Assembly (NCBI RefSeq): GCF_900094925.1
Contig: NZ_FMAY01000002.1
Location: 1 to 64,000, forward strand
Reading direction: 5' to 3'
From: Kosakonia oryzendophytica
GTDB taxonomy: Bacteria; Pseudomonadota; Gammaproteobacteria; Enterobacterales; Enterobacteriaceae
DNA length: 64,000 nucleotides
This document shows, piece by piece, positions 20,678-30,904 of the stretch. The position numbers were made by a program, and so were the translations under genes. Under the pieces are notes generated by a model, which was given only the letters and a program-made list of their open reading frames with translations, was not told the DNA's origin and ran no database searches. The first letter of the stretch is position 1. Every line of letters begins with the position of its first letter.

Positions 20678-21893
20678 CGATTATCAGTTGCTGGCGCAGG
20701 AGAACACCGCGCCGGTGAAAATGTGGACCCACGGCGTACCGGTAGAACCGGAAGCGCGTGAGCAACTGCTGAAGACGGCAAAAATGCCATTTATCTTCAA
20801 ACACCTGGCGGTGATGCCAGATGTACATCTGGGAAAAGGCTCGACCATCGGCAGTGTGATCCCGACCAAAGGGGCGATTATCCCGGCGGCGGTTGGCGTG
20901 GATATTGGCTGCGGCATGATTGCGGTACGCACCTCGCTGTTGGCGGGGGATCTACCGGACAACCTGAGCGGATTGCGGAGCGCCATCGAGCGGGCCGTAC
21001 CGCATGGCCGTTCGGTGAACCGTGCGAAGCGTGATAAAGGCGCCTGGGAAAATCCGCCCCAGGAAGTGAATAACCACTGGGCTTTGCTGGCACCGCGTTT
21101 TCAGCGTTTAACGGAGAAATACCCCCAATTGTTGAAAACCAATAATCATCAGCATCTGGGTACATTGGGAACCGGTAACCACTTTATTGAAATATGTCTG
21201 GATGAACAGCAGCGTGTATGGGTGATGTTGCACAGCGGGTCGCGTGGTGTCGGGAACGCCATTGGTAATGTGTTTATTACTCTGGCGCAGCAAGATATGC
21301 AGCAGCATATTGCGAACCTGCCGGACAGAAACCTGGCTTACTTTCAGGAAGGTAGCAAACACTATGATGACTATCTGGAAGCGGTGGAGTGGGCGCAGGA
21401 TTTTGCCCGCCATAACCGTGAAGTGATGATGGCGCGGGTACTGTCTGTACTGTCGAAGACCGTCACCAAACCCTTTATGACGCAGCAGGAAGCCGTAAAT
21501 TGTCATCACAACTATGTGCAAAAAGAGACGCACTTTGGTGAAGCGGTATGGGTCACGCGTAAAGGTGCGGTTTCGGCGCAAAAAGGGCAGATGGGGATCA
21601 TTCCTGGTTCGATGGGGGCGAAAAGCTTTATTGTCCGCGGGCTGGGTAATGAAGATAGTTTCTGTTCCTGTAGCCACGGCGCCGGACGGACCATGAGCCG
21701 TACGGCGGCGAAAAAACGTTTTACGGTGGATGATCAGATCCGCGCCACTGCGCATGTGGAGTGCCGTAAAGACAGCGATGTGATCGATGAGATCCCGATG
21801 GCTTACAAAGATATTGATGCCGTGATGGCGGCGCAGGCCTCGCTGGTGGAAGTGGTGCATACCTTGCGTCAGGTGGTGTGTGTAAAAGGATAA
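20664..21893 (+). CDS. rtcB: RNA-splicing ligase RtcB (3'-phosphate/2',3'-cyclic phosphate RNA ligase)
   Basis: 409 aa, strongly similar to E. coli RtcB throughout (…MPFIFKH.AVMPDVHLGKGSTIGSVIPTKGAIIPAAVGVDIGCGM…NHFIEICLDE…CHHNYV…SCSHGAGR…RQVVCVKG). Its start overlaps the SPFH stop by 14 nt. Confidence 0.95.
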   Translation: MMQNNDYQLLAQENTAPVKMWTHGVPVEPEAREQLLKTAKMPFIFKHLAVMPDVHLGKGSTIGSVIPTKGAIIPAAVGVDIGCGMIAVRTSLLAGDLPDNLSGLRSAIERAVPHGRSVNRAKRDKGAWENPPQEVNNHWALLAPRFQRLTEKYPQLLKTNNHQHLGTLGTGNHFIEICLDEQQRVWVMLHSGSRGVGNAIGNVFITLAQQDMQQHIANLPDRNLAYFQEGSKHYDDYLEAVEWAQDFARHNREVMMARVLSVLSKTVTKPFMTQQEAVNCHHNYVQKETHFGEAVWVTRKGAVSAQKGQMGIIPGSMGAKSFIVRGLGNEDSFCSCSHGAGRTMSRTAAKKRFTVDDQIRATAHVECRKDSDVIDEIPMAYKDIDAVMAAQASLVEVVHTLRQVVCVKG

Positions 21894-21910
21894 AAAGAAG
21901 GATAACCAGT

Positions 21911-22702
21911 ATGGAATATCAAGGGGTTGACACCGCCATGCGAGAACGCGTGCGGCAAACGTTATGCGAGGTGGAGCGGAAATACCGCATAAAAGTGCTG
22001 TATGCCTGCGAGTCCGGGAGTCGTGGCTGGGGGTTTGCGTCGCCAGACAGTGACTACGATGTGCGGTTTTTGTATGTTCATGAACCCCAGTGGTATCTGC
22101 GGGTTGAACCGCAGCGCGATGTCATAGAACTGCCCATAGACGATGAGCTGGATGTGTGTGGTTGGGAGTGGCGCAAAGCGCTGGGGTTGCTGAAAAGCGC
22201 TAACCCGACCTTAATCGAATGGCTGGATTCACCGGTGGTTTATCAGCAGGAGGATGCCACGCTGGCGGCGCTGCGTACGCAGGTGCCGCACTGGTTTTCA
22301 CCGGTCAGAGCACGCTGGCATTACTATTCGATGGCGAAGAAAAACTTTCATGGTTATTTGCAAGGGGAAGCGGTGCGGCTGAAGAAATATTTCTATGTGC
22401 TGCGCCCGTTGCTGGCAGTGCGCTGGATAGAAGCCGGCAAAGGAATGCCGCCGATGCGTTTTGCCACTCTGCTGGAGGGCAGCAACCTGGGCGCTCCCCT
22501 GCGTGCGGAAATCGATGAATTGCTAGTGTTAAAACAGCGGGCGGGAGAAGCGCAATACGGCCCGCGACGCCCTGTATTGCACGACTTTATCAAAACGGAA
22601 CTGGCGCGCGGTGAAGTACCGGACGTGCTGCCGGAGAGCCGTAGCGGTAAGATGAGCGATCTCGATCAGTTGTTGTACCAGACCGTGTTGTCTTCTTCGT
22701 GA
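21911..22702 (+). CDS. Pol-beta-superfamily nucleotidyltransferase (GS…DxD motif), of the kind often encoded beside rtcB
   Basis: About 263 aa from ATG 21911 (RBS AAGAAGGA). It carries an NTase signature (…YACESGSRGWGFASPDSDYDVRFLYV…). It replaces rtcA in the operon. No rtcA or rsr ORF exists before the convergent lysC. Confidence 0.65.
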   Translation: MEYQGVDTAMRERVRQTLCEVERKYRIKVLYACESGSRGWGFASPDSDYDVRFLYVHEPQWYLRVEPQRDVIELPIDDELDVCGWEWRKALGLLKSANPTLIEWLDSPVVYQQEDATLAALRTQVPHWFSPVRARWHYYSMAKKNFHGYLQGEAVRLKKYFYVLRPLLAVRWIEAGKGMPPMRFATLLEGSNLGAPLRAEIDELLVLKQRAGEAQYGPRRPVLHDFIKTELARGEVPDVLPESRSGKMSDLDQLLYQTVLSSS

Positions 22703-22788
22703 ACGTTGCCGGAGAGTGCTGCACTTACCCAGCCTGCTTACTCCCGCAGGCTGGGTAACGCGAAGTCACCCTCCGGCAGCATCGCCTG

Positions 22789-24138
22789 TCACTCAAAGAG
22801 ATTATGGTGCAGTTTCTGCACCACTTGCTCGGCTTCTGCGCCCGGCACCAGGAAGCAGAGGTTATGGCTGGATGCACCGTAACAAATCATGCGGATGTTG
22901 AACGGATCCAACACGCCAAACACCTCTTTACCCACGCCGCACGCTTTCGACAAATCGTTGCCAATCAGCGCGACCAGCGCCAGGTTCTCTTCCACTTCCA
23001 CGCGGCACAGTGATGAGAGTTCTGTCAGCAACCCCTGCGTGAGTAATGTATCGCCCGTAGACGTTGAGCCAGTGGTATCCAGCGTCAGCGCCACGCTCAC
23101 TTCGGAAGTGGTGATCAAATCGACGGAGATGTTATGCCGCGCCAGAATGCCGAATACTTCCGCAAGGAAACCGCGGGAGTGCAGCATATTCAGGCTGTGC
23201 AATGTCAGCAGCGTTTGTTTGCGGCGCAGCGCCAATGCACGGAACAGCGGCGGGTTGTTGGTTTTATTGCACACCAGCGTGCCACCGGCTTTAGGCTCTT
23301 TGCTGGACCCCACAAATACCGGGATATCACTGCGTACCGCAGGCAGCAGTGTGGCAGGATGCAGCACTTTCGCACCAAAGGTCGCCATTTCTGCCGCTTC
23401 TTCAAAGGCGATTTCATCAATACGTTTTGCCGCTGGCACGACACGCGGATCGGTGGTGTAAATACCGGGGACGTCGGTCCAGATGTCGACACGCGTTGCG
23501 TGCAACGCTTCACCGAGAAGCGCGGCGGTGTAGTCGCTGCCGCCACGGCCCAGCGTAGTGGTGCGACCTTTGGCCTCGCTTCCGATAAAGCCCTGAGTGA
23601 TCACCAGACCGTCGGTAAGGCGAGGTGCAAGCTGCTGCGCAGTCAGTTCCGCCAGCGCAGGGACATCCGGCTCGGCGCGGCCAAAACGATCGCTGGTACG
23701 CATGACTTTACGCACATCAAACCACAGCGCCTGTACACTGCGTTCACGCAGCACTTCAACAAACAGCAGGGTCGACATCAACTCGCCGTGGCTAACCAGT
23801 TCATCGGTCAGGGCGGTGGAGGTAGCAAGCGAGGCAGCTTCTGCAAGCGTGCTGATGTTTTCCAGCAGGCGTTCAATCTCTTCGCGGATCACGTCCGGGT
23901 TGGACATCCGCTCCAGAATATCGAACTGAATTTTACGAATAGCATCGAGTTTGACGAACCGTTCACTGGCCTCCAGTCCTTCTGCCAGCGCGACCAGCAG
24001 ATTGGTCACGCCCGCAGAGGCGGAGAGCACCACCAGGCGAACATCGGAATCGGAAAGCACCACGTCCGCACTACGGTTCATGGCATCATAATCGGCAACG
24101 CTGGTGCCGCCGAATTTGGCGACAACTAAATTAGACAT
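22789..24138 (-). CDS. lysC: lysine-sensitive aspartokinase III
   Basis: 449 aa (MSNLVVAKFGGTSVADYDAMNRSADVVLSDSDVRLVVLSASAGVTNLLVALAEG…), near-identical to E. coli LysC. Confidence 0.95.
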   Translation of the reverse strand: MSNLVVAKFGGTSVADYDAMNRSADVVLSDSDVRLVVLSASAGVTNLLVALAEGLEASERFVKLDAIRKIQFDILERMSNPDVIREEIERLLENISTLAEAASLATSTALTDELVSHGELMSTLLFVEVLRERSVQALWFDVRKVMRTSDRFGRAEPDVPALAELTAQQLAPRLTDGLVITQGFIGSEAKGRTTTLGRGGSDYTAALLGEALHATRVDIWTDVPGIYTTDPRVVPAAKRIDEIAFEEAAEMATFGAKVLHPATLLPAVRSDIPVFVGSSKEPKAGGTLVCNKTNNPPLFRALALRRKQTLLTLHSLNMLHSRGFLAEVFGILARHNISVDLITTSEVSVALTLDTTGSTSTGDTLLTQGLLTELSSLCRVEVEENLALVALIGNDLSKACGVGKEVFGVLDPFNIRMICYGASSHNLCFLVPGAEAEQVVQKLHHNLFE

Positions 24139-24214
24139 AACAACCTCGTGTCAGGGGATCCACTATTTCAGCCATGGCACAAGGGAAGAGCGAAAAACGG
24201 GGTGGGCGCAGATA

Positions 24215-24425
24215 ACAAAACAACTACGATTTCCCCAGAAGTGCTCCACCTTGCGAAACGCCCGACTGGGAACGTTTCTGGTGACAACCCAGAGGATTCA
24301 GCCTCTGTAGCCGATAACAAACGCTGCCAGGCGTTTTGCTATCTCGGCGTTGCTCCCCCTCAGGTGTTTTCTTCAGTTTGGCTCTTCCAACACCGTGTAC
24401 CTGGGCAACGCGCCTCTTCTGGCTA
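24215..24425 (-). ncRNA. lysine riboswitch (L-box) in the lysC leader
   Basis: The minus-strand sequence …AGAGGCGCGTTGCCCAGGTACACGGTGTTGGAAGAGCC…CTACAGAGGCTGAATCCTCTGGGTTGTCACCAGAAACGTTCCCAGTCGGGCGTTTCGCAAGGTGGAGCACTTCTGGGG… matches the E. coli lysC L-box aptamer nearly base for base. Confidence 0.85.
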
Positions 24426-24427
24426 TT

Positions 24428-24700
24428 ACCTTCGCCTTTCGCGCCGCAGCGGTGTTGGCTGCCTTCACTTACCCCGGTCACTTACCTGTGTAAGCTCCCG
24501 GGGATGCGCTCAGTTGCCGCCTTGCTGCAACGCGAAATGCGTTGGTAATAAATACCTTCGCTTTCACACCGCAGCGGTGTTGGCTGCCTTCACTTACCCC
24601 GGTCACTTACCTGTGTAAGCTCCCGGGAATGCGCTCAGTTGCCGCCTTGCTGCAACGCGAAATGCGTTGGTAATAAATACCTTCGCCTTTCACGGCTCGG
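24428..24700. repeat. two tandem copies (about 128 bp each, plus a partial third start) of an ERIC-family intergenic repeat
   Basis: A unit TACCTTCGC…GCAGCGGTGTTGGCTGCCTTCACTTACCCCGGTCACTTACCTGTGTAAGCTCCCGG(G/A)ATGCGCTCAGTTGCCGCCTTGCTGCAACGCGAAATGCGTTGGTAATAAA is repeated head-to-tail. Its core CACTTAC…GTAAGCTCC matches the ERIC consensus. Confidence 0.8.
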
Positions 24701-24967
24701 TAGTACAACACAATCGACTCCACGCGCACGCGGAGCGTGTCGTTATAAATAAAGCGTCAGCGGGTGCGCTGTCAACGACGGGATTATGCGGATTTTTCAT
24801 GCTGCTTTGGTGATCAGTAAAATGCCTTATGTTGTGCGCAAATGTACCGTTTTTTGCTGGCGTTTTGCGCATTGCGCACCGGGTGCGAAACAAAAACCAT
24901 CACAATTTTCCCTGGCAGGCGCTACAATCGACCGCAGTCACAATTCTCAAATCAGAAGAGTATTGCT

Positions 24968-26617
24968 ATGAAAAACATCAATCCAACGCAGACCTCTGCC
25001 TGGCAGGCATTACAGAAACATTACGCTGACATGAAGGACGTTACTCTCGCGGAGTTGTTCGCGAAAGATGGCGACCGTTTTGGCAAGTTTTCCGCAACGT
25101 TCGACGATTTGATGCTGGTGGATTTTTCTAAAAACCGTATCACCGAAGAAACCCTGAACATCCTGTTGTCGCTGGCGAAAGAGACGGAACTGGCTGGCGC
25201 CATTAAATCCATGTTCTCTGGCGAGAAAATTAACCGTACGGAAGATCGCGCGGTTCTGCACGTCGCGCTGCGTAACCGTAGCAATACGCCGATTGTGGTT
25301 GATGGCAAAGATGTCATGCCGGAAGTGAACGCAGTTCTGGAGAAAATGAAAGCTTTCTCGGAAGCGATCATTTCTGGTGCCTGGAAAGGTTACACCGGAA
25401 AACCTATCACCGACGTGGTGAACATTGGTATCGGTGGTTCCGACCTTGGCCCGTTCATGGTCACCGAAGCACTGCGCCCGTACAAAAATCACCTCAACAT
25501 GCACTTTGTTTCTAACGTCGATGGTACCCACATCGCTGAAGTGCTGAAAAAAGTGAACCCGGAAACCACGCTGTTCCTCGTGGCCTCCAAAACCTTCACC
25601 ACCCAGGAAACCATGACCAACGCCCACAGCGCGCGCGACTGGTTCCTGAAAACTGCCGGTGATAATAAACACGTAGCGAAACACTTTGCGGCGCTTTCCA
25701 CCAACGCCAAAGCAGTTGGCGAGTTCGGTATCGACACCGCGAATATGTTCGAATTCTGGGATTGGGTAGGTGGTCGTTACTCTTTGTGGTCCGCTATTGG
25801 TCTGTCGATCATTCTCTCTGTAGGCTACGACAACTTTGTGGAACTGCTCTCCGGCGCCCATGCGATGGACAAGCACTTCTCCACCACTGAGCTTTCGAAA
25901 AACCTGCCGGTATTGCTGGCGTTGATCGGCATCTGGTACAACAACTTCTTCGGTGCTGAAACCGAAGCGATCCTGCCGTATGACCAGTACATGCATCGTT
26001 TTGCCGCTTACTTCCAGCAGGGCAACATGGAATCCAACGGCAAATATGTTGATCGTAATGGCAACGCGGTGGATTACCAGACAGGCCCTATCATCTGGGG
26101 TGAGCCGGGCACCAACGGTCAGCACGCGTTCTACCAGCTGATCCATCAGGGGACAAAAATGGTGCCGTGTGACTTTATCGCACCGGCTAAAACCCACAAT
26201 GCGCTCTCCGATCACCATCAGAAACTGCTGTCTAACTTCTTTGCCCAGACCGAAGCGCTGGCGTTCGGTAAATCCCGTGACGTGGTTGAACAGGAGTATC
26301 GCGATCAGGGTAAAGATCCGGCGACGCTGGAAAACGTTGTGCCGTTCAAAGTGTTCGAAGGCAACCGTCCGACCAACTCCATTCTGCTGCGTGAAATCAC
26401 GCCATTTAGCCTCGGTGCGTTGATTGCGCTCTATGAGCACAAAATCTTCACCCAGGGTGCCATTCTCAACATCTTCACTTTTGACCAGTGGGGCGTTGAG
26501 TTGGGTAAACAATTGGCGAACCGCATTCTGCCGGAGCTGGGCGATGCCAGCGCAGTGTCGAGCCACGATAGCTCCACCAACGGCCTGATTAACCGCTATA
26601 AGTCCTGGCGCGCTTAA
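24968..26617 (+). CDS. pgi: glucose-6-phosphate isomerase
   Basis: 549 aa from ATG 24968 ([19 protein letters not shown]…RYKSWRA), same length as E. coli Pgi. The ORF-track extension upstream to 24842 is an artefact. Confidence 0.95.
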   Translation: MKNINPTQTSAWQALQKHYADMKDVTLAELFAKDGDRFGKFSATFDDLMLVDFSKNRITEETLNILLSLAKETELAGAIKSMFSGEKINRTEDRAVLHVALRNRSNTPIVVDGKDVMPEVNAVLEKMKAFSEAIISGAWKGYTGKPITDVVNIGIGGSDLGPFMVTEALRPYKNHLNMHFVSNVDGTHIAEVLKKVNPETTLFLVASKTFTTQETMTNAHSARDWFLKTAGDNKHVAKHFAALSTNAKAVGEFGIDTANMFEFWDWVGGRYSLWSAIGLSIILSVGYDNFVELLSGAHAMDKHFSTTELSKNLPVLLALIGIWYNNFFGAETEAILPYDQYMHRFAAYFQQGNMESNGKYVDRNGNAVDYQTGPIIWGEPGTNGQHAFYQLIHQGTKMVPCDFIAPAKTHNALSDHHQKLLSNFFAQTEALAFGKSRDVVEQEYRDQGKDPATLENVVPFKVFEGNRPTNSILLREITPFSLGALIALYEHKIFTQGAILNIFTFDQWGVELGKQLANRILPELGDASAVSSHDSSTNGLINRYKSWRA

Positions 26618-26618
26618 T

Positions 26619-26652
26619 CCGGAAAGCGTCGCTTCGGCGACGCTTTTTTTTC
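26619..26652 (+). terminator. pgi terminator
   Basis: CCGGAAAGCGTCGCTTCGGCGACGCTTTTTTTT directly after the stop codon. Confidence 0.85.
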
Positions 26653-27060
26653 CTCTGCATTTATTACGTCCGGGTTTTATATATTGGTGCCCCGAACTTG
26701 CCGATATATAAGTAATGGCAATATTGATATTTTCATTATGGAAAGATTATAAAGAATAATCTGATTCGGTAATGTCGTAATGAACGATCAGGTTTATCCG
26801 AAAATGTCGTCAACGCCGTCGACCCTTGCTATAAATTTTAGGACTAGCCTCATTGTGTCACCTTTTTGAAATTATTTAATTGTTTGATAAATATCACATT
26901 TATTTTTTATTCATTTTCTTCCCAACCGCTAAATACCCGTTTTCCTAAAACTCACTCACCTATTTCCCGGGGCGTAATTCATCTGCTTTAGTTGTGTATA
27001 CTCGATCTCGCCTGAGTTTTTTCAGGTAAATCTCCATTCATTCAATGAAGGGATATTGAT

Positions 27061-27303
27061 ATGAAAAAAGTCCTGTATGGCATTTTTGCCATATCCGCAC
27101 TTGCGGCGACCTCTGCCTTTGCAGCACCGGTATTAGTCGGTGAAGCAGCAGGGTCAGCAGCGACCTCTGTCTCTGCGGGCAGTTCTGCAGCGACGGGCGT
27201 TAGCACCGTAGGCTCTGCGGCGGGTGTCGCTCTGGCGGCAGTCGGTGGCGGTGATGGCTCCAACACTGGAACCACGACCACCACAACAACAAGTACCCGG
27301 TAA
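27061..27303 (+). CDS. yjbE: secreted Ala/Ser/Gly/Thr-rich protein YjbE (yjbEFGH exopolysaccharide locus)
   Basis: 80 aa with a signal peptide and a low-complexity body ending in a poly-Thr tail. Same size and position as E. coli yjbE. Confidence 0.8.
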   Translation: MKKVLYGIFAISALAATSAFAAPVLVGEAAGSAATSVSAGSSAATGVSTVGSAAGVALAAVGGGDGSNTGTTTTTTTSTR

Positions 27304-27367
27304 TAGCGGGTGCATTAACTATAACCACACTTCGGTGTGGTTATTTCGCCCCTTTCGGAGAAGAGTC

Positions 27368-28021
27368 GTGAAGCGACCTGGAATCATTTTGCTTTGCCTG
27401 CTCCTTCAGGCATGTTCTGGCCCGATCAAAGGCCTGGGAACGTCGCTTTGGAATAGTGTGTTTGGTACCCCTGGTGCGCATCTGACAGATGACGAACTGC
27501 TCAATATGCCTTATGCCAGTCAGTACGTGCAGCTTAATGACGGCCCACAACTGTTTGTGGTGCTCGCTTTCGCGGAAAACGGGCAGCAGAAATGGGTGAC
27601 CCAGGATCAGGCTGTCATCGTCACACAGAATGCCCGCATTGTGAAAACCCAGCTTGGCGGCGACAAGCTCGGCGGCGATAACCTCATTGAAGTGAATAAC
27701 TTAAGCGCCGATCCGTTGGCCAAACCGAATCAGATTATTGATGGCACCCGTTGGACGCGCGTTATGGGCTGGTCACAGCATAAGCAGGTGCGCTATGCCG
27801 TCGCGCAGTCAGAGTTCCATTGGAACGGAACGGACACGATAAAACTGGCCGGTGATGAAACGGTTGTTCGCGTGCTGGATGAAGAGGTCACCACCGAAGA
27901 GAAAAACTGGCGTAACCGTTACTGGGTAGATGATGAAGGGCTTATCCGCCAGTCGGTACAGTCTCTCGGCGCGGGATTCTTCCCGGTGAAAATGACCCTG
28001 ATTAAGGCGGCGAAAGAATGA
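27368..28021 (+). CDS. yjbF: lipoprotein YjbF
   Basis: GTG start after a GGAGAAGA RBS, lipobox LLQAC. The ORF-track frame extends further upstream, which is not credible. Confidence 0.75.
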   Translation: MKRPGIILLCLLLQACSGPIKGLGTSLWNSVFGTPGAHLTDDELLNMPYASQYVQLNDGPQLFVVLAFAENGQQKWVTQDQAVIVTQNARIVKTQLGGDKLGGDNLIEVNNLSADPLAKPNQIIDGTRWTRVMGWSQHKQVRYAVAQSEFHWNGTDTIKLAGDETVVRVLDEEVTTEEKNWRNRYWVDDEGLIRQSVQSLGAGFFPVKMTLIKAAKE

Positions 28022-28755
28022 AAACGTACGCGTTGCTTCCGCTATTACTCACACTCTTTTCCCCGCTGGTGCTGGCGACAGGGACCGTCGATGTGTATGT
28101 CGCAGGCGATGCGACACCGAAAAAGCTCACCAATGCTGAGCATTTAGTCGACCTGGTTGGGCAACCCCGACTGGCGAACAGCTGGTGGCCTGGCGCGGTC
28201 GTCAGCGAACGACAGGCTACCATTGCACAGCAGGCGCGGCATCAGGCACTGCTGGAGCGCCTGAGTCGTCTTGCCGCTGACGAAGACGGTGATGCTGCCG
28301 CGGCCATTAACGCTCTGCGTCGGCAATTGCAGGCGATAAAAGTAACCGGTCGGCAAATCGTGCCGCTCGACCCGGACTATATCCGTCTACACCGCCTTTC
28401 TAACCGCCCTTTGCAAGGGGAATACACCCTGTGGGTTGGGCCGCAGCCTGACACGATTAGTGTGGTGGGATTGATCAGTAGCCCTGGCAAGAAGCCGTTC
28501 ACACCCGGGCGGGATGTGGTGAGCTATCTGGATGATATGGACCTGCTAAGCGGGGCGGAACGTAGTTATGCCTGGGTGATTTATCCCACCGGTCAAACAC
28601 AGAAAGTGCCGGTGGCGTACTGGAACAGACGCCACGTCGAGCCGATGCCCGGTAGCGTGATTTTCGTGGGTTTTGCGCCGGGTCTGTGGAGCAACGTTTA
28701 TGACGAGCTCAATGCCGACATTCTTGAGTCCCTGACGCATCGGATACCGGAATAA
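28018..28755 (+). CDS. yjbG: periplasmic protein YjbG
   Basis: 245 aa with a signal peptide. ATGA start/stop overlap with yjbF. Conserved operon position. Confidence 0.8.
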   Translation: MKTYALLPLLLTLFSPLVLATGTVDVYVAGDATPKKLTNAEHLVDLVGQPRLANSWWPGAVVSERQATIAQQARHQALLERLSRLAADEDGDAAAAINALRRQLQAIKVTGRQIVPLDPDYIRLHRLSNRPLQGEYTLWVGPQPDTISVVGLISSPGKKPFTPGRDVVSYLDDMDLLSGAERSYAWVIYPTGQTQKVPVAYWNRRHVEPMPGSVIFVGFAPGLWSNVYDELNADILESLTHRIPE

Positions 28756-28757
28756 TA

Positions 28758-30854
28758 ATGAAAAAATCGTTTGTAATAAGCCTGTTGGCGCTTGGAGTAA
28801 GCGCGGCCTGTCACGCAGAAACGTTTCCGGACCCGGTTGGCCCGTCCCAGTCTGATTTTGGCGGTGTGGGTCTGCTGCAAACCCCAACGGCACGTGTAGC
28901 ACCAGAAGGCGAGCTAAGCCTTAACTACCGCGACAACAAGCAATACCGCTTCTACTCCGCTTCAGTGCAACTGTTGCCGTGGCTGGAAACGACGCTGCGT
29001 TATACCGATGTGCGTACGCGCAAATACAGTTCCGTGGAGGCGTTCTCCGGCGATCAATCTTACAAAGATAAAGCGTTTGATTTGAAAGTGCGGTTGTGGG
29101 AAGAGGGCTACTGGTTACCGCAAGTGGCCGTGGGTGCACGTGACGTGGGCGGTACCGGTTTGTTCGATGGTGAATATCTGGTGGCGAACAAAGCCTGGGG
29201 ACCGTTCGATTTCTCACTCGGTATCGGCTGGGGCTATCTGGGTACCAGCGGCAATATCAAAAACCCGCTCTGTACCTACGACACGAAGTTCTGTACCCGT
29301 GATACCCGTTATAAAGCCGCAGGCTCAACGGATACGTCACAAATGTTTCGCGGTCCGGCCGCGCTGTTTGGTGGGGTGGAGTACCAGACGCCCTGGCACC
29401 CGCTGCGTCTGAAGCTGGAATACGAAGGCAACAACTATCAGCAGGATTATGCCGGTAAACTGCCGCAGCGCAGCAGCGTTAACGTCGGTGCTATTTACCG
29501 CGTTGCCGATTGGGCCGACATTAACCTGAGTTATGAGCGCGGTAACACCTGGATGTTCGGCTTTACCTTGCGCAATAACTTCAACGATCTGCGCCCTGCT
29601 TATATCGATAACTCACGCCCGAGATATCAGCCAGAGCCGCAGGACGCCATTTTGCAGCACTCCGTGGTGGCGAATCAGCTTACTCTGCTGAAATACAATG
29701 CCGGTTTCGCAGACCCGCAAATTCAGGTAAAAGGCGATACGCTGTATGTCACCGGCGAGCAGGTGAAGTACCGCAATACCCAGGAGGGGATCGAGCGGGC
29801 TAACCGCATTATTATGAATGACCTGCCTGACGGTATTCGTACCATTCGTATTAACGAAAACCGGCTGCACTTGCCACAGGTGACCACCGAAACGGATGTC
29901 GCCAGTCTGAAGCGCCATCTTGAAGGCGAACCGTTGGGGCAAGATACGGAACTGGTGCAAAAACGCGTGACGCCAATCGTGCCGGAAAGTACCGAGCAGG
30001 GATGGTATATCGACCGACCGACGTTTGACTTCCATATCGATCCGGTACTTAACCAGTCGCTTGGCGGCCCGGAAGGGTTCTACATGTACCAGATCGGCGT
30101 GATGGCGACAGCGGATTGGTGGTGGACGGATCATCTGCTGACCACAGGAAGCCTGTTTGGTAACCTGGCCAATAACTACGACAAATTTAACTATACCAAC
30201 CCGCCAAGGGACTCAGCGCTGCCGCGCGTTCGTACTCGCGTGCGTGAATATGTGCAGAACGATGTCTACGTGAACAACATGCAGGCGAACTACTTCCAGT
30301 ATCTGGGCAATAACATTTATGGCCAGGTGTATGCAGGGTATCTGGAAACCATGTATGGCGGGGCCGGTGCAGAACTGATGTGGCGTCCCGTAGACAGTAA
30401 CTGGGCGTTTGGCGTAGATGCCAACTACGTGAAACAGCGTGACTGGCGCAGCGCGCAGGACATGATGAAATTTACCGATTACAGCGTGAAGACAGGGCAT
30501 TTCACCGCCTACTGGACGCCGTGGTTTGCACAGGATGTATTGGTGAAAGCCAGCGTCGGGCAGTATCTGGCGGGGGATAAAGGCGGCACGCTGGACATCT
30601 CCAAACACTTCGACAGCGGCGTTGTGGTTGGTGCCTACGCCACGATCACCAACGTGTCGGCAGCACAGTACGGGGAAGGGGACTTCACCAAAGGGGTTTA
30701 TATTTCAGTACCGCTGGATCTCTTCAGTATCGGTGCCACTCGCAGTCGTGCTGGCATCGGCTGGACGCCGCTGACGCGTGACGGTGGCCAGAAACTGGGG
30801 CGTAAATTTGAGCTGTACAATATGACCAACGATAAAACGCTGAACTTCCAGTAA
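28758..30854 (+). CDS. yjbH: outer-membrane beta-barrel protein YjbH (polysaccharide export, GfcD/YmcA-like)
   Basis: 698 aa with a signal peptide, Tyr/Gly-rich beta-strand pattern and C-terminal …TLNFQ. Fourth gene of yjbEFGH. Confidence 0.85.
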   Translation: MKKSFVISLLALGVSAACHAETFPDPVGPSQSDFGGVGLLQTPTARVAPEGELSLNYRDNKQYRFYSASVQLLPWLETTLRYTDVRTRKYSSVEAFSGDQSYKDKAFDLKVRLWEEGYWLPQVAVGARDVGGTGLFDGEYLVANKAWGPFDFSLGIGWGYLGTSGNIKNPLCTYDTKFCTRDTRYKAAGSTDTSQMFRGPAALFGGVEYQTPWHPLRLKLEYEGNNYQQDYAGKLPQRSSVNVGAIYRVADWADINLSYERGNTWMFGFTLRNNFNDLRPAYIDNSRPRYQPEPQDAILQHSVVANQLTLLKYNAGFADPQIQVKGDTLYVTGEQVKYRNTQEGIERANRIIMNDLPDGIRTIRINENRLHLPQVTTETDVASLKRHLEGEPLGQDTELVQKRVTPIVPESTEQGWYIDRPTFDFHIDPVLNQSLGGPEGFYMYQIGVMATADWWWTDHLLTTGSLFGNLANNYDKFNYTNPPRDSALPRVRTRVREYVQNDVYVNNMQANYFQYLGNNIYGQVYAGYLETMYGGAGAELMWRPVDSNWAFGVDANYVKQRDWRSAQDMMKFTDYSVKTGHFTAYWTPWFAQDVLVKASVGQYLAGDKGGTLDISKHFDSGVVVGAYATITNVSAAQYGEGDFTKGVYISVPLDLFSIGATRSRAGIGWTPLTRDGGQKLGRKFELYNMTNDKTLNFQ

Positions 30855-30904
30855 GCATTTCTTTCGCTGAACGTTACCGGACACCCCTCTCTCAGGAGAG
30901 GGGG

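Noticed and set aside
19058-22702. Interpretation as a Salmonella-type rsr-yrlBA-rtcBA operon
   Set aside because: No ORF with Ro60/TROVE character (about 500 aa) and no RtcA cyclase ORF exists between the promoter and lysC. The first gene is an SPFH protein and the last is an NTase. Only the tRNA-like RNA motif is reminiscent of Y RNAs.
23134-24129. 331-aa ORF on the plus strand
   Set aside because: Antisense shadow of lysC. Its composition is Arg/Gln/His-rich and nonsense-like.
24428-24700. Possible CRISPR array, because of the regularly spaced identical repeats
   Set aside because: The repeat unit is about 128 bp with no unique spacers between copies and no cas genes nearby. The sequence matches the ERIC family. 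It is a tandem repeat, not a CRISPR.
25010-26566. 518-aa ORF on the minus strand
   Set aside because: Antisense to pgi. It is a shadow ORF of a highly conserved gene.
27061-27303. Low-complexity Ala/Ser/Thr-rich stretch, possibly a nucleotide-level repeat element
   Set aside because: It translates as an intact signal-peptide protein matching the known yjbE product. It is a coding low-complexity region, not a repeat element.
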